Source: a virus (taxonomy: Duplodnaviria; Caudoviricetes). Taken from it: a DNA stretch of 64,000 bases. Below the pieces are notes generated by a model. It did not search any database. It was not told the origin of the DNA and saw only the letters and a program-made list of their open reading frames with translations. Within the stretch, counting starts at the first letter, position 1. Every line of letters starts with the position of its first letter. The stretch lies in the IMG/VR virus record IMGVR_UViG_3300015606_001334, positions 256,001 through 320,000 of that record. One strand, given 5' to 3'. Below, one piece after another: positions 56,481 to 64,000 of the stretch. Position numbers and translations under genes: made by a program.

Positions 56481-58130
56481 ATGGGTTGCGATTGCGGTTC
56501 AGTAGGTAAGTCTGACTTGTGGACATCAATCCCACAAAGCGCCCTTACCGAGATGCAATTAGGTGAAGACGTCGAGTGCTACGGCAAAAGAGCTCCAGAA
56601 GACACCGACAAGGCTGGACAACCAGAGATTGTTGACAAGATCCGAAATAACGCAGTAGTTCCAGACTGTGAAATGAAGATTGACGTTCAATTTGAGCTGA
56701 CACCTGGATCCCCGTCGTCTAAATTTACTGGGCCAGTAGTATGGAGCATGGTAGATCCTGATGATCAAACAGGATCCCGTGGAGCTTACACAATTAGTGT
56801 CTTGACCTTTACTTCGTCTGGTAAGTTGAGTGGAACAATGGACCCTCAATCAGAGGGTAAGAAGTTCAACATTATGATCATTGCAAAGGATTCAAGTAAT
56901 CCTCCAAAGATCATTGACTCGCGTTCTTATAATTTCAGTCCAAAGAAATGTACTCCGGGTGCTGACCTAAAATTTATTCATCCTCTACCAGGAGCGAGAA
57001 CAACCAGTAAATTTGGGCCAAGAACTCCACCAGCGAATGGCGCAAGTAGTTTCCATAAAGGCGTCGACTTTGCCTATCCAGGCGGAGTCACTAAAGACGT
57101 TTTGGCTTCTTGCGACGGCAAAGTAACTAAAGCAGGTGTAGGATCAGGTTATGGTAACGTTGTCTATATTCAACACGTTAACGGCTCAGGCAAACCAATG
57201 GCTGAAACCCGTTATGCCCACCTTGCTTCAATTTACGTGTCAGTAGGTCAGCAAGTTTCTGCAGGTCAGCCTGTCGGTAAGGAAGGAAACACCGGCATAG
57301 GTACAGGTTGCCATCTCCATTTTGAACTGAGATTGCCTGGCGATGTTGCAGTAGATCCACTTGAGTACATCAATGGCACGATAACTTCATCGAATTCGGG
57401 CACCACGACGAACTCAGACGGTGCTACAGTTCCGGATCCTGGTAATCCAACAGGGCAAGCGTCCCAGCACGAGAACGTAAACAAAGCAGTAACAACCGCC
57501 AAAGTTGATGCAATCGCTGCAGGTTGTACACAACCGTTGCCAGCTCAGTCTGTTATTTCTCCAGCTAAAGAGCCAGCAAACGACAAGCCCGCTTTAGCAT
57601 CATCTCGTGCTCCATGTAAACCTGAATCTGGTCAAAGCCCACCAGTATCTGAGGTAAAACAACGAATGAGAGCCGTCATGGACAAGCATCCTGAACTGGA
57701 TGAGAATGACAAAAACTATTTGATGGCTATTGCAAAAATTGAGTCTTCATACGATCCATACGCAAAGAATAAAACTTCTTCGGCTACTGGATTGTTCCAA
57801 ATGTTGGATTCAACCGCAAATGCTTATTACAAAAAGATCGGCCTTGAAGCGACTTGTGAAAATCGCTGTGATATCGAAAAGGCAACTGAAGCTGAAATCC
57901 TTTTCTACAAAGAAGGAAGCTTAAAGTACTATAATGAGTTCAAGAATAAGAGAACCCTTGAGCGCAAGAAGCTATCTCCAGATTTGATCGCTAAATACGA
58001 CGCGCTAACCAAAGCGGAATTTTGCTACGGACTTATTCACCATGATGGAGTAGGCAATGCTGCAAATGGTGTCGATAAACAGGGCGTAGCAATTGCTAAA
58101 GCGAAATTAGGTGGAAGTGGCTTGGCGTAA
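56481..58130 (+). CDS. peptidoglycan hydrolase: M23 peptidase + SLT-like lytic transglycosylase
   Basis: HKGVDF, YAHL, HLHFE (M23); IAKIESS..A.N..SSATGLFQ (SLT); Ig-like N-terminal segment. Confidence 0.85.
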   Translation: MGCDCGSVGKSDLWTSIPQSALTEMQLGEDVECYGKRAPEDTDKAGQPEIVDKIRNNAVVPDCEMKIDVQFELTPGSPSSKFTGPVVWSMVDPDDQTGSRGAYTISVLTFTSSGKLSGTMDPQSEGKKFNIMIIAKDSSNPPKIIDSRSYNFSPKKCTPGADLKFIHPLPGARTTSKFGPRTPPANGASSFHKGVDFAYPGGVTKDVLASCDGKVTKAGVGSGYGNVVYIQHVNGSGKPMAETRYAHLASIYVSVGQQVSAGQPVGKEGNTGIGTGCHLHFELRLPGDVAVDPLEYINGTITSSNSGTTTNSDGATVPDPGNPTGQASQHENVNKAVTTAKVDAIAAGCTQPLPAQSVISPAKEPANDKPALASSRAPCKPESGQSPPVSEVKQRMRAVMDKHPELDENDKNYLMAIAKIESSYDPYAKNKTSSATGLFQMLDSTANAYYKKIGLEATCENRCDIEKATEAEILFYKEGSLKYYNEFKNKRTLERKKLSPDLIAKYDALTKAEFCYGLIHHDGVGNAANGVDKQGVAIAKAKLGGSGLA

Positions 58131-58688
58131 GTGTTCTATTAGAGGATAATCCTCTTTCGATTTGAATCTCTTCCAATACTGCGGGTGGTAGAATGTTTTG
58201 CATTCCCACCCGTTTTCTTTTGCCCACTTTTCTGCTGTCTTCCCAAGGCAAATAACTTCTTTAGGATTAACCTCATTGACCATCGATGGATCATTTGGTG
58301 AATCGTCAAGATTGTACGCGTTTACCCAAAACAGTTTCGATTCGTCTATTTTAGCTTTCGCAAGTAGGCGATTCAGCCAACCTGAACAGCCATCGACATC
58401 ACTGAAAGGATACGAACGCCTGAACGGAGAAGGACCCGCAGGTTTTTCTCCAATAATCACGATGATGGATCCATTGTTGTTGAAGTTTCCTGCGCAATTT
58501 TGAAATTTCTCAGGAATCGATCGGCTCAGGTCGATTCGATTGGATAATCGGGTGATTAACAGAATGTCGTCTTTGTAAACACTATGCCAATTTCCATCGT
58601 ACATTAGGCGAGATAGGGCTGCAGCTCTACCGACTTTGAGCCCATTATCTTCAACGATCTTAAGGAGTTCGACTACTTTTGGGTGCAT
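58107..58688 (-). CDS. uracil-DNA glycosylase-superfamily protein
   Basis: IIGEKP, PFS..GCSGWL..LL, VNA, ICLGKTA, HPQY. Confidence 0.7.
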   Translation of the reverse strand: MHPKVVELLKIVEDNGLKVGRAAALSRLMYDGNWHSVYKDDILLITRLSNRIDLSRSIPEKFQNCAGNFNNNGSIIVIIGEKPAGPSPFRRSYPFSDVDGCSGWLNRLLAKAKIDESKLFWVNAYNLDDSPNDPSMVNEVNPKEVICLGKTAEKWAKENGWECKTFYHPQYWKRFKSKEDYPLIEHLRQATST

Positions 58689-58693
58689 ACAAG

Positions 58694-58726
58694 AAAAGAG
58701 GGTGATATTTAGTCACCCTCTTTTTA
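58694..58726. terminator. hairpin / terminator
   Basis: AAAAGAGGGTGA..TCACCCTCTTTT. Confidence 0.65.
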
Positions 58727-58752
58727 AACCATTTAGCACGAAACGTAAACGA

Positions 58753-59409
58753 TTAGACGTGATCGCTAAACCAGCTTTCAATGAATCCTGCTTTACCTGC
58801 TGGATACTTCTTAGGATCATACATCCACATTGCTGAACCATCATCCGGGTTAATGCAAATGTTGATCTTAACTTGATAGAGCGAGCCAATCAAGATTGGG
58901 GAAATCGCGGTAATGAAGTGTGGTCCTGCTGGGAAGATTACCAAGGTACCAGCTTGAGGAGCAAAGCTAAAGTTGTAAGCTGGGAATTCAAGCTTACCAC
59001 CATATACCTCTGAACGTGGATCAAGAGGAGCTGTGTCATTGTAGTCTTTTAACCAAAGAATACCAACCAAATCGATGTCTTTAACCTTTACCCATTTCTT
59101 ACGCATGAACTTCGAGTTCTCGCAGCCAGGATTCTCAGCCGGAGCTTTTTGATTCTCTGGGTAATACTGGAAGATCATTTTCTCAGCGCCCTTGAAAGAG
59201 CCATCATAACGATCTTCAATTTCGGGAACGATGGTTTTCAGTTTGCTGTAAATGAAGTCTTCACCTTCCAAGAAGTGTCTTTCCATTTTGATTGGATTGC
59301 CGTCTTGATCATAGTTTGGACTCTTAATCTCTATGCTCTTGACCAGCTCTTGACACTTCTTTGGAGAAACGAATTCTGGATAAATCAAAAATGGGCTTCT
59401 AATCGTCAT
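58753..59409 (-). CDS. 2OG-Fe(II) oxygenase-fold protein (P4H-like), catalytic residues apparently lost
   Basis: LKDYND..YGGKLEFP..PQAGTLVIFPAG; no HxD...H triad. Confidence 0.7.
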   Translation of the reverse strand: MTIRSPFLIYPEFVSPKKCQELVKSIEIKSPNYDQDGNPIKMERHFLEGEDFIYSKLKTIVPEIEDRYDGSFKGAEKMIFQYYPENQKAPAENPGCENSKFMRKKWVKVKDIDLVGILWLKDYNDTAPLDPRSEVYGGKLEFPAYNFSFAPQAGTLVIFPAGPHFITAISPILIGSLYQVKINICINPDDGSAMWMYDPKKYPAGKAGFIESWFSDHV

Positions 59410-59449
59410 ATAGTGTTTCTTATGTGTTTGGTTATGGTAATGAAGTTAT

Positions 59450-61084
59450 TTATTCTTCTTCACCTTTATTTTCGGAGTGATCTTTTGCGTCAACAGTGTC
59501 GAGTGATTTAGTTGAGAGGTGGACCAACGCTGGATTGACTAGGACATTAGCTTGAGCAAGAGCACGACGACCTAGAAGAACGTCATAGTTTAGGCCACCG
59601 CGGTCATTGACAGTGAATTCCACATTGTGGAGAACGTTGCCATCAATCACAATATCCAAGCGGATAATTGGACGCTTTTCTTTACCGTTTGCTGCAACAA
59701 TCTTAACGCTCTTCAATAGGCTGAAGCGGTAGCGATAGTCGCCAAAGGTAAACGAAATAGTTTCGTCATTCATGTCGATATCAGAACCGTTGATTGAGCT
59801 GTATTCTGCGCCGGTGTCGATACGAACATCAATTGGCTTTTCGTCGTTGAAGTACTTGATGACGACCTTATCAACAGAACCAACTAGAGAGAAGTCATCA
59901 TTGCTGATTTTCTCTTTTTCTGGCTCAATTACTTTTTGATGTTCAGCATCCTTGTTAGGAGTCTCTTTAGTGTGCTTTGGTTCTTCGTCCTCTTCGGTTT
60001 CATGACCATCGCTATCCTCTTCAGATTCGACTTCTTCCTCTTCCTCATTGGACTTTGGCTCAGAGTCTTCCTCAGTCTCGTGACCGTCTGGATCTTCCTC
60101 TGATTCGACTTCTTCTTCTTCCTCTTCAGGAGCAACCTCACCAGAGTTTACAACCTTCTCAGTAGGAGTGTTTTCTTGTTTGTTGACCTCGGAGTTCTCG
60201 GTGGCACCGCCCATCATTGTTCCTACGAACTCAATGACCTTATCAGCGATGTTGAATTCAATCACTTCCTGCATCGCCTCGAAACCAGGAGAGCCATTAA
60301 CTTCTAGTAGGTAGATTTCCTTGTCAACAACGATGTAATCGACTGCGGCGAACTGGGTACCAACTAGCTTTGCGGCTTTAATACAAATTTCGGATTCTTC
60401 TGGAGTTGGGTCGTACTTCTTAAGTTCTGCACCTTGATGAGCATTAGAACGGAAGTCGCCGTCTGGGATAGTGCGAACTACACCAGCAAGAGCTTGATCA
60501 CCAAGAACTAGGATACGAGCAGATTCTTCGTGAGCAATATATTCTTGAAGCATGAACTCAACGTTAGTCTTAACCAATTGCTGGCAGATAGAACGAAGAG
60601 ACGCAAGAGAATCAGCACGCATAACACCAACACCGTGAGTACCGAAAATGGTCTTGACGATGACTGGGAATTTACCACCAATTGATTCAAGAGCTTTGTC
60701 CAACTGCTCTTCATTGATGAACAATGCAGTCTTTGGTGTTTTGATTCCCTCATTGTTGAGGATAATTTGAGTCTCGATTTTGTTTGACGCGGTTCTCATC
60801 GAGGTGCCAGTATTCAGAACCTTTACCCCAATCTTTTCAAAGTGCTTCATAATAGCAACTTTGTAGTCAAGATTGGTTTCGGAAAGTCGTGGAATGCAAG
60901 CATCTGCCTTTTCAAACTTAGTACCCTTATTTGCGAAATACGTATCGGTCGCTAAATAAATGTAGCATTCGTCCGGGTTGATGACTTCTAATTCGAAGCC
61001 AGCTTTCTCAGCGCTTTCTGTGAACTTTTCCTGAACGAAACTTTCTGGTTCAGTAGTAAAAAGGACTATCTTTTTCTTATCCAT
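59450..61084 (-). CDS. rimK: RimK-family ATP-grasp ligase fused via an acidic linker to a RimB-like retropepsin-type protease
   Basis: GTHGVGV, LQEYI, DFRSNAHQG, AVDY, LEVNGSPG; C-terminal RIDTGA..SS, EFTVNDR, LLGR. Confidence 0.85.
   Translation of the reverse strand: MDKKKIVLFTTEPESFVQEKFTESAEKAGFELEVINPDECYIYLATDTYFANKGTKFEKADACIPRLSETNLDYKVAIMKHFEKIGVKVLNTGTSMRTASNKIETQIILNNEGIKTPKTALFINEEQLDKALESIGGKFPVIVKTIFGTHGVGVMRADSLASLRSICQQLVKTNVEFMLQEYIAHEESARILVLGDQALAGVVRTIPDGDFRSNAHQGAELKKYDPTPEESEICIKAAKLVGTQFAAVDYIVVDKEIYLLEVNGSPGFEAMQEVIEFNIADKVIEFVGTMMGGATENSEVNKQENTPTEKVVNSGEVAPEEEEEEVESEEDPDGHETEEDSEPKSNEEEEEVESEEDSDGHETEEDEEPKHTKETPNKDAEHQKVIEPEKEKISNDDFSLVGSVDKVVIKYFNDEKPIDVRIDTGAEYSSINGSDIDMNDETISFTFGDYRYRFSLLKSVKIVAANGKEKRPIIRLDIVIDGNVLHNVEFTVNDRGGLNYDVLLGRRALAQANVLVNPALVHLSTKSLDTVDAKDHSENKGEEE
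59976..60126 (-). repeat. two tandem 26-codon acidic repeats in the RimK linker
   Basis: EEEEEVESEED(P/S)DGHETEED(S/E)EPK twice. Confidence 0.8.
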
Positions 61085-61097
61085 TGCTTGCTGCCTC

Positions 61098-61556
61098 TTA
61101 GCAGAAGGTGCGATTACCAGGAACGCCTGCTAGCTCTCTCATGGTATTTAGAAGTTTAGTATTGTCTTTCTTAACTTCAGGCTGTTTTGATTCAACAAAA
61201 GTAACTTGTTGACCGGAGGTTTGGTCTGCTAGGGATGCTTTGCAGAAGGAAATTGATTTTAGAACCTTCGCGTTCTTGTATTCACCAGAGGCTGGGCAAG
61301 TCCAACTTACGTTTAGTACAATATCAAAAACTGCTTGGCTTGGATCGTTTGATGAAGATGCTGAAATAGATTCTGCATAAACACTGACGTCTTGGAATGA
61401 AGGTTCTTGTTGTGGAGCAACAACTGGAACTTCAGGGGAGTATTCAGTATTAGGTACGGTTGAAACAACTGGAGTGTCGAACGCTGCTCCAACGGTGTCA
61501 GCACTTTGAACTGGCACTTGGGAAAGTGGTGCTGAAAAATTCATGGTTGGTTCCAT
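61098..61556 (-). CDS. hypothetical protein, possible head-associated
   Basis: AAGGA SD before MEPTMNF; C-terminal MRELAGV resembles the scaffold C-terminus. Confidence 0.65.
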   Translation of the reverse strand: MEPTMNFSAPLSQVPVQSADTVGAAFDTPVVSTVPNTEYSPEVPVVAPQQEPSFQDVSVYAESISASSSNDPSQAVFDIVLNVSWTCPASGEYKNAKVLKSISFCKASLADQTSGQQVTFVESKQPEVKKDNTKLLNTMRELAGVPGNRTFC

Positions 61557-61566
61557 TTTAGATCCT

Positions 61567-62259
61567 TTATTCTGATAGAAGAATTTCGTAGAAACGCTGA
61601 ACGCGCGCTTCAAGCTTATCGAAGTATTTATTCAAATCAACGCAAAACTCTAATGGGAACCCGTCTTTAGTCGCCATAATGATTACGCCATGATCAATAT
61701 TTGTTCCATACATTTCATTATGGGCTTGGGCATAAAAGGCTAACTGATATTTGTAATCCTCAATCATGTCATCTGACTTGATTTTAGATGATGTTTTCCA
61801 GTCAAGGATACTCGCTTTGCCCTTATAGACGCCAATGCAGTCACATCTTCCGGCAATTCTCAGCTTGGTAGAGAACAATGCGACTTCCTGACCCCATACT
61901 TCATTGATCTTTTTGAGGTATCCTTTTACGGATTTGAAGCTTTTAATCTGTTGCTCAGTGAATTTCGACTCATCAATTTCTTCACCTTTGAGGAACATTT
62001 CGATTAGCAAATGAACAGCAGTCCCATTGGTGGTTGCCTCAAGGCTGATTTCAGCAGCTTTTTCTTCACCAATAGAGGCTTTCCAATTTTCTAAACTCTG
62101 TCGAGTTTCCTCTGATTGGGTTTTACCCAGCATGCTTGTAATAGACGGAAATGCCAGCTCTTCGTTGATTACATACCAACGAAGATTGAATTCCTCAATA
62201 GTTTGAACGTCTTTGTAGTCGAATTTCATAAATGGAAATGGGGATCCTAGGATCCCCAT
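61567..62259 (-). CDS. PD-(D/E)xK exonuclease (Cas4-like/exonuclease A type)
   Basis: PSITSML, GTAVH, AGRCDCIG, DWKTS, QLAFYA; start may be 62229. Confidence 0.85.
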   Translation of the reverse strand: MGILGSPFPFMKFDYKDVQTIEEFNLRWYVINEELAFPSITSMLGKTQSEETRQSLENWKASIGEEKAAEISLEATTNGTAVHLLIEMFLKGEEIDESKFTEQQIKSFKSVKGYLKKINEVWGQEVALFSTKLRIAGRCDCIGVYKGKASILDWKTSSKIKSDDMIEDYKYQLAFYAQAHNEMYGTNIDHGVIIMATKDGFPLEFCVDLNKYFDKLEARVQRFYEILLSE

Positions 62260-62277
62260 TGAATGTGGATAGTGTAT

Positions 62278-63999
62278 TTATCCTAAAATTTTCTTTACCG
62301 ATTTGGCAGAAATTAGAACGCCAAATGGATACTTGTCATTTGCGGATGGCTTGACATATTTTACAACAAATTCTTTGCCGGATGCCAATGAAACAAGATT
62401 TATTTTACCCTTGTTTTCTGACTTAACGACACCAGATTTACCCTTGGATAGTAGAGTAGAGAACTTGGTAAAGTCCGCATCAGAAAACTCTAGTGAGAAG
62501 TCCTTAACCTTGATTGTTGTACCACCGACTTCACCCATAGAAACTACGGAGAAAGTACCTAGATCGGCAAATTTATCAGTCTTGGAAAAATCTTCTAGTA
62601 GGCCAGTGGACTTGAACTCTTCAACCTTAGCTACTTCTGCTTCCTTAGCTACAACTTGCTCGTAACCTTCCTTTAGGGAACCTTTACGCTCTGCCTTTAG
62701 AAGATCATTTAGCATGTAAATGTAGGTCTTGATACGAGTCTGCTTGATAGCGATCTTGGATAGGTTCTTGATGCGGTTTCTGAAGTCAGTTTTCTTGTAA
62801 GTTAGCAAGAATTCTGGTACACCAAGAGCGATAATCAAGTCATAAATTTTCTTGGAGATTTCAGTAGATAGTTGATCCTTAATTGCACCAACAACCTTCT
62901 CGTCCTTACCATCCTTGTCATCCTCTTCCTTAGCTTCGGCGATCTTATGGATCTGACCCTTCTTAGCAGCAAGTTCCTTACCTAGCTTGTTTAGGATGTT
63001 CTTGATCTGTGGATGGTTTTGGATCATAGTAGCAATGTCTTTAACGCTCTTACGAACCTTAAACTTACGAATACCGATTTGATCAGCGCTTACACCCAAA
63101 AGAAGAACTGTTCTGAAGATCAATTGCTGGACAGGAGTAGAGAAGATCTTAGAAAGTTCTGCTTCTTCACCAGAAAGAGCAACGTGGAAAACGTCGTCAG
63201 TCTTGACATCATCTTCCTTTGGTTCTTCTTTTTTGACTTCCTTCTTTGGTTCCTTCTTCACTGCTTGAGCCTTGTGTTGCTTAGCTTCGTTTAGAGAAAC
63301 CAATTGCTGTAGCAATGATTTGCCTTCTTGTTTCATTTTGTCGTCTTCCTTCTTAGGTTTCTTTTTGTCCTTCTTTTTGTCCTTCTTATCTGGATCAGTC
63401 TCATCATCTTCTGGATCTTCTTCAGCGTCGTCCTCTGATTTGTCTTCGGTGTCTGCTTCATCCTCACCATCTTCAGGTTTATCTTCACCTTCAGAATCGG
63501 CTTCGTCGTCGAAGCTTAGACCATCGGCAGTATCTTCACCATCTTCAGGCTTGTCTTCGCCGTCGGTTTCTTCGGTATCATCTTCAGACTCATCATCCTT
63601 CTTATCCTTCTTGTCATCTTTCTTTTTACCATCTTCGTCAGCGATTAGATCTTCGTCATCCATGTCTTGAACGATATCGTCGTCAGTCAATGGTTCGTCA
63701 AGTTGATTTTCAATACCTGCCTCAGTAGAATCCTCTTCACCTGGAATTGATCCGATTTCTTGAGCATCCTCTTCACCTGGCTTAACGACATGAACGATGT
63801 CGAATTCGTCAGATAGTTCTTCGAGCGCTTGATCGATATCATCGACCTTACCAAGAAGTTGCGACATTTTCTGTTCAAAAGCTTCTGCTTCTTCAGCGTT
63901 GACGTAGACCTTTACGATTTCGCCATCAGTTGTTTCTAGGCCAAACGCTACAGTGTCTACAGCGTCATCGGCTGCATCAACCGCTTGAAGATGATTGGT
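62278..63999 (-). CDS. large acidic protein, 5' end outside window (possible internal head protein)
   Basis: Frame stays open from 63867 to the window end (..VAFGLETTDGEIVKVYV..); long D/E tract; two repeated helical domains. Confidence 0.7.
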   Translation of the reverse strand, partial: TNHLQAVDAADDAVDTVAFGLETTDGEIVKVYVNAEEAEAFEQKMSQLLGKVDDIDQALEELSDEFDIVHVVKPGEEDAQEIGSIPGEEDSTEAGIENQLDEPLTDDDIVQDMDDEDLIADEDGKKKDDKKDKKDDESEDDTEETDGEDKPEDGEDTADGLSFDDEADSEGEDKPEDGEDEADTEDKSEDDAEEDPEDDETDPDKKDKKKDKKKPKKEDDKMKQEGKSLLQQLVSLNEAKQHKAQAVKKEPKKEVKKEEPKEDDVKTDDVFHVALSGEEAELSKIFSTPVQQLIFRTVLLLGVSADQIGIRKFKVRKSVKDIATMIQNHPQIKNILNKLGKELAAKKGQIHKIAEAKEEDDKDGKDEKVVGAIKDQLSTEISKKIYDLIIALGVPEFLLTYKKTDFRNRIKNLSKIAIKQTRIKTYIYMLNDLLKAERKGSLKEGYEQVVAKEAEVAKVEEFKSTGLLEDFSKTDKFADLGTFSVVSMGEVGGTTIKVKDFSLEFSDADFTKFSTLLSKGKSGVVKSENKGKINLVSLASGKEFVVKYVKPSANDKYPFGVLISAKSVKKILG

Positions 64000-64000
64000 T

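Noticed and set aside
112-63878. Numerous 60-190 aa ORFs antisense to or nested in long genes (e.g. 5508-5969, 13900-14481, 41885-42397, 63272-63670)
   Set aside because: Shadow ORFs of well-supported genes; no SD, no motifs, composition mirrors the sense strand
1-64000. Alternative genetic code
   Set aside because: Core genes are full length under code 11 with near-complete coding density

Overview
This window is part of a large (probably jumbo) T4-superfamily myovirus genome, densely coding in the standard genetic code. From left to right it contains six blocks. (1) An early minus-strand operon (3-5936) encodes myo-inositol-1-phosphate synthase, an HNH endonuclease, a SAM methyltransferase, a HAD phosphatase, an aGPT-Pplase-like (HhH-fold base:DNA transferase) protein and an SGNH-fold protein. 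This is the best candidate for a new system: inositol-based DNA hypermodification. (2) A head module (gp23, gp22, gp67-like, gp21, gp20) is followed by a tape-measure-like gene and a divergent gp26/gp51-like pair joined by a T TTT TTC -1 slippery site. (3) A replication/recombination block holds a small PolA-palm-like protein, a resolvase, gp46/gp47, a GIY-YIG endonuclease and the late sigma factor gp55. (4) A ~31 kb plus-strand late baseplate/fibre module runs from a nucleotidyltransferase through tube initiator, gp53, hub, gp5, gp25, gp6 and giant wedge proteins to fibres sharing a repeated ~55-aa module. (5) Two spanins precede an M23+SLT hydrolase. (6) A minus-strand block encodes a UDG-fold protein, a degenerate 2OG-Fe oxygenase, a RimK-RimB-like fusion, an exonuclease and an acidic protein truncated by the window end. 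(T/A)ATAAATA late promoters, GTTT(A/C)-type sigma70 early promoters and intrinsic terminators are visible. No tRNA, rRNA or CRISPR array was found. All protein family calls are from motif recognition by eye, not database searches.
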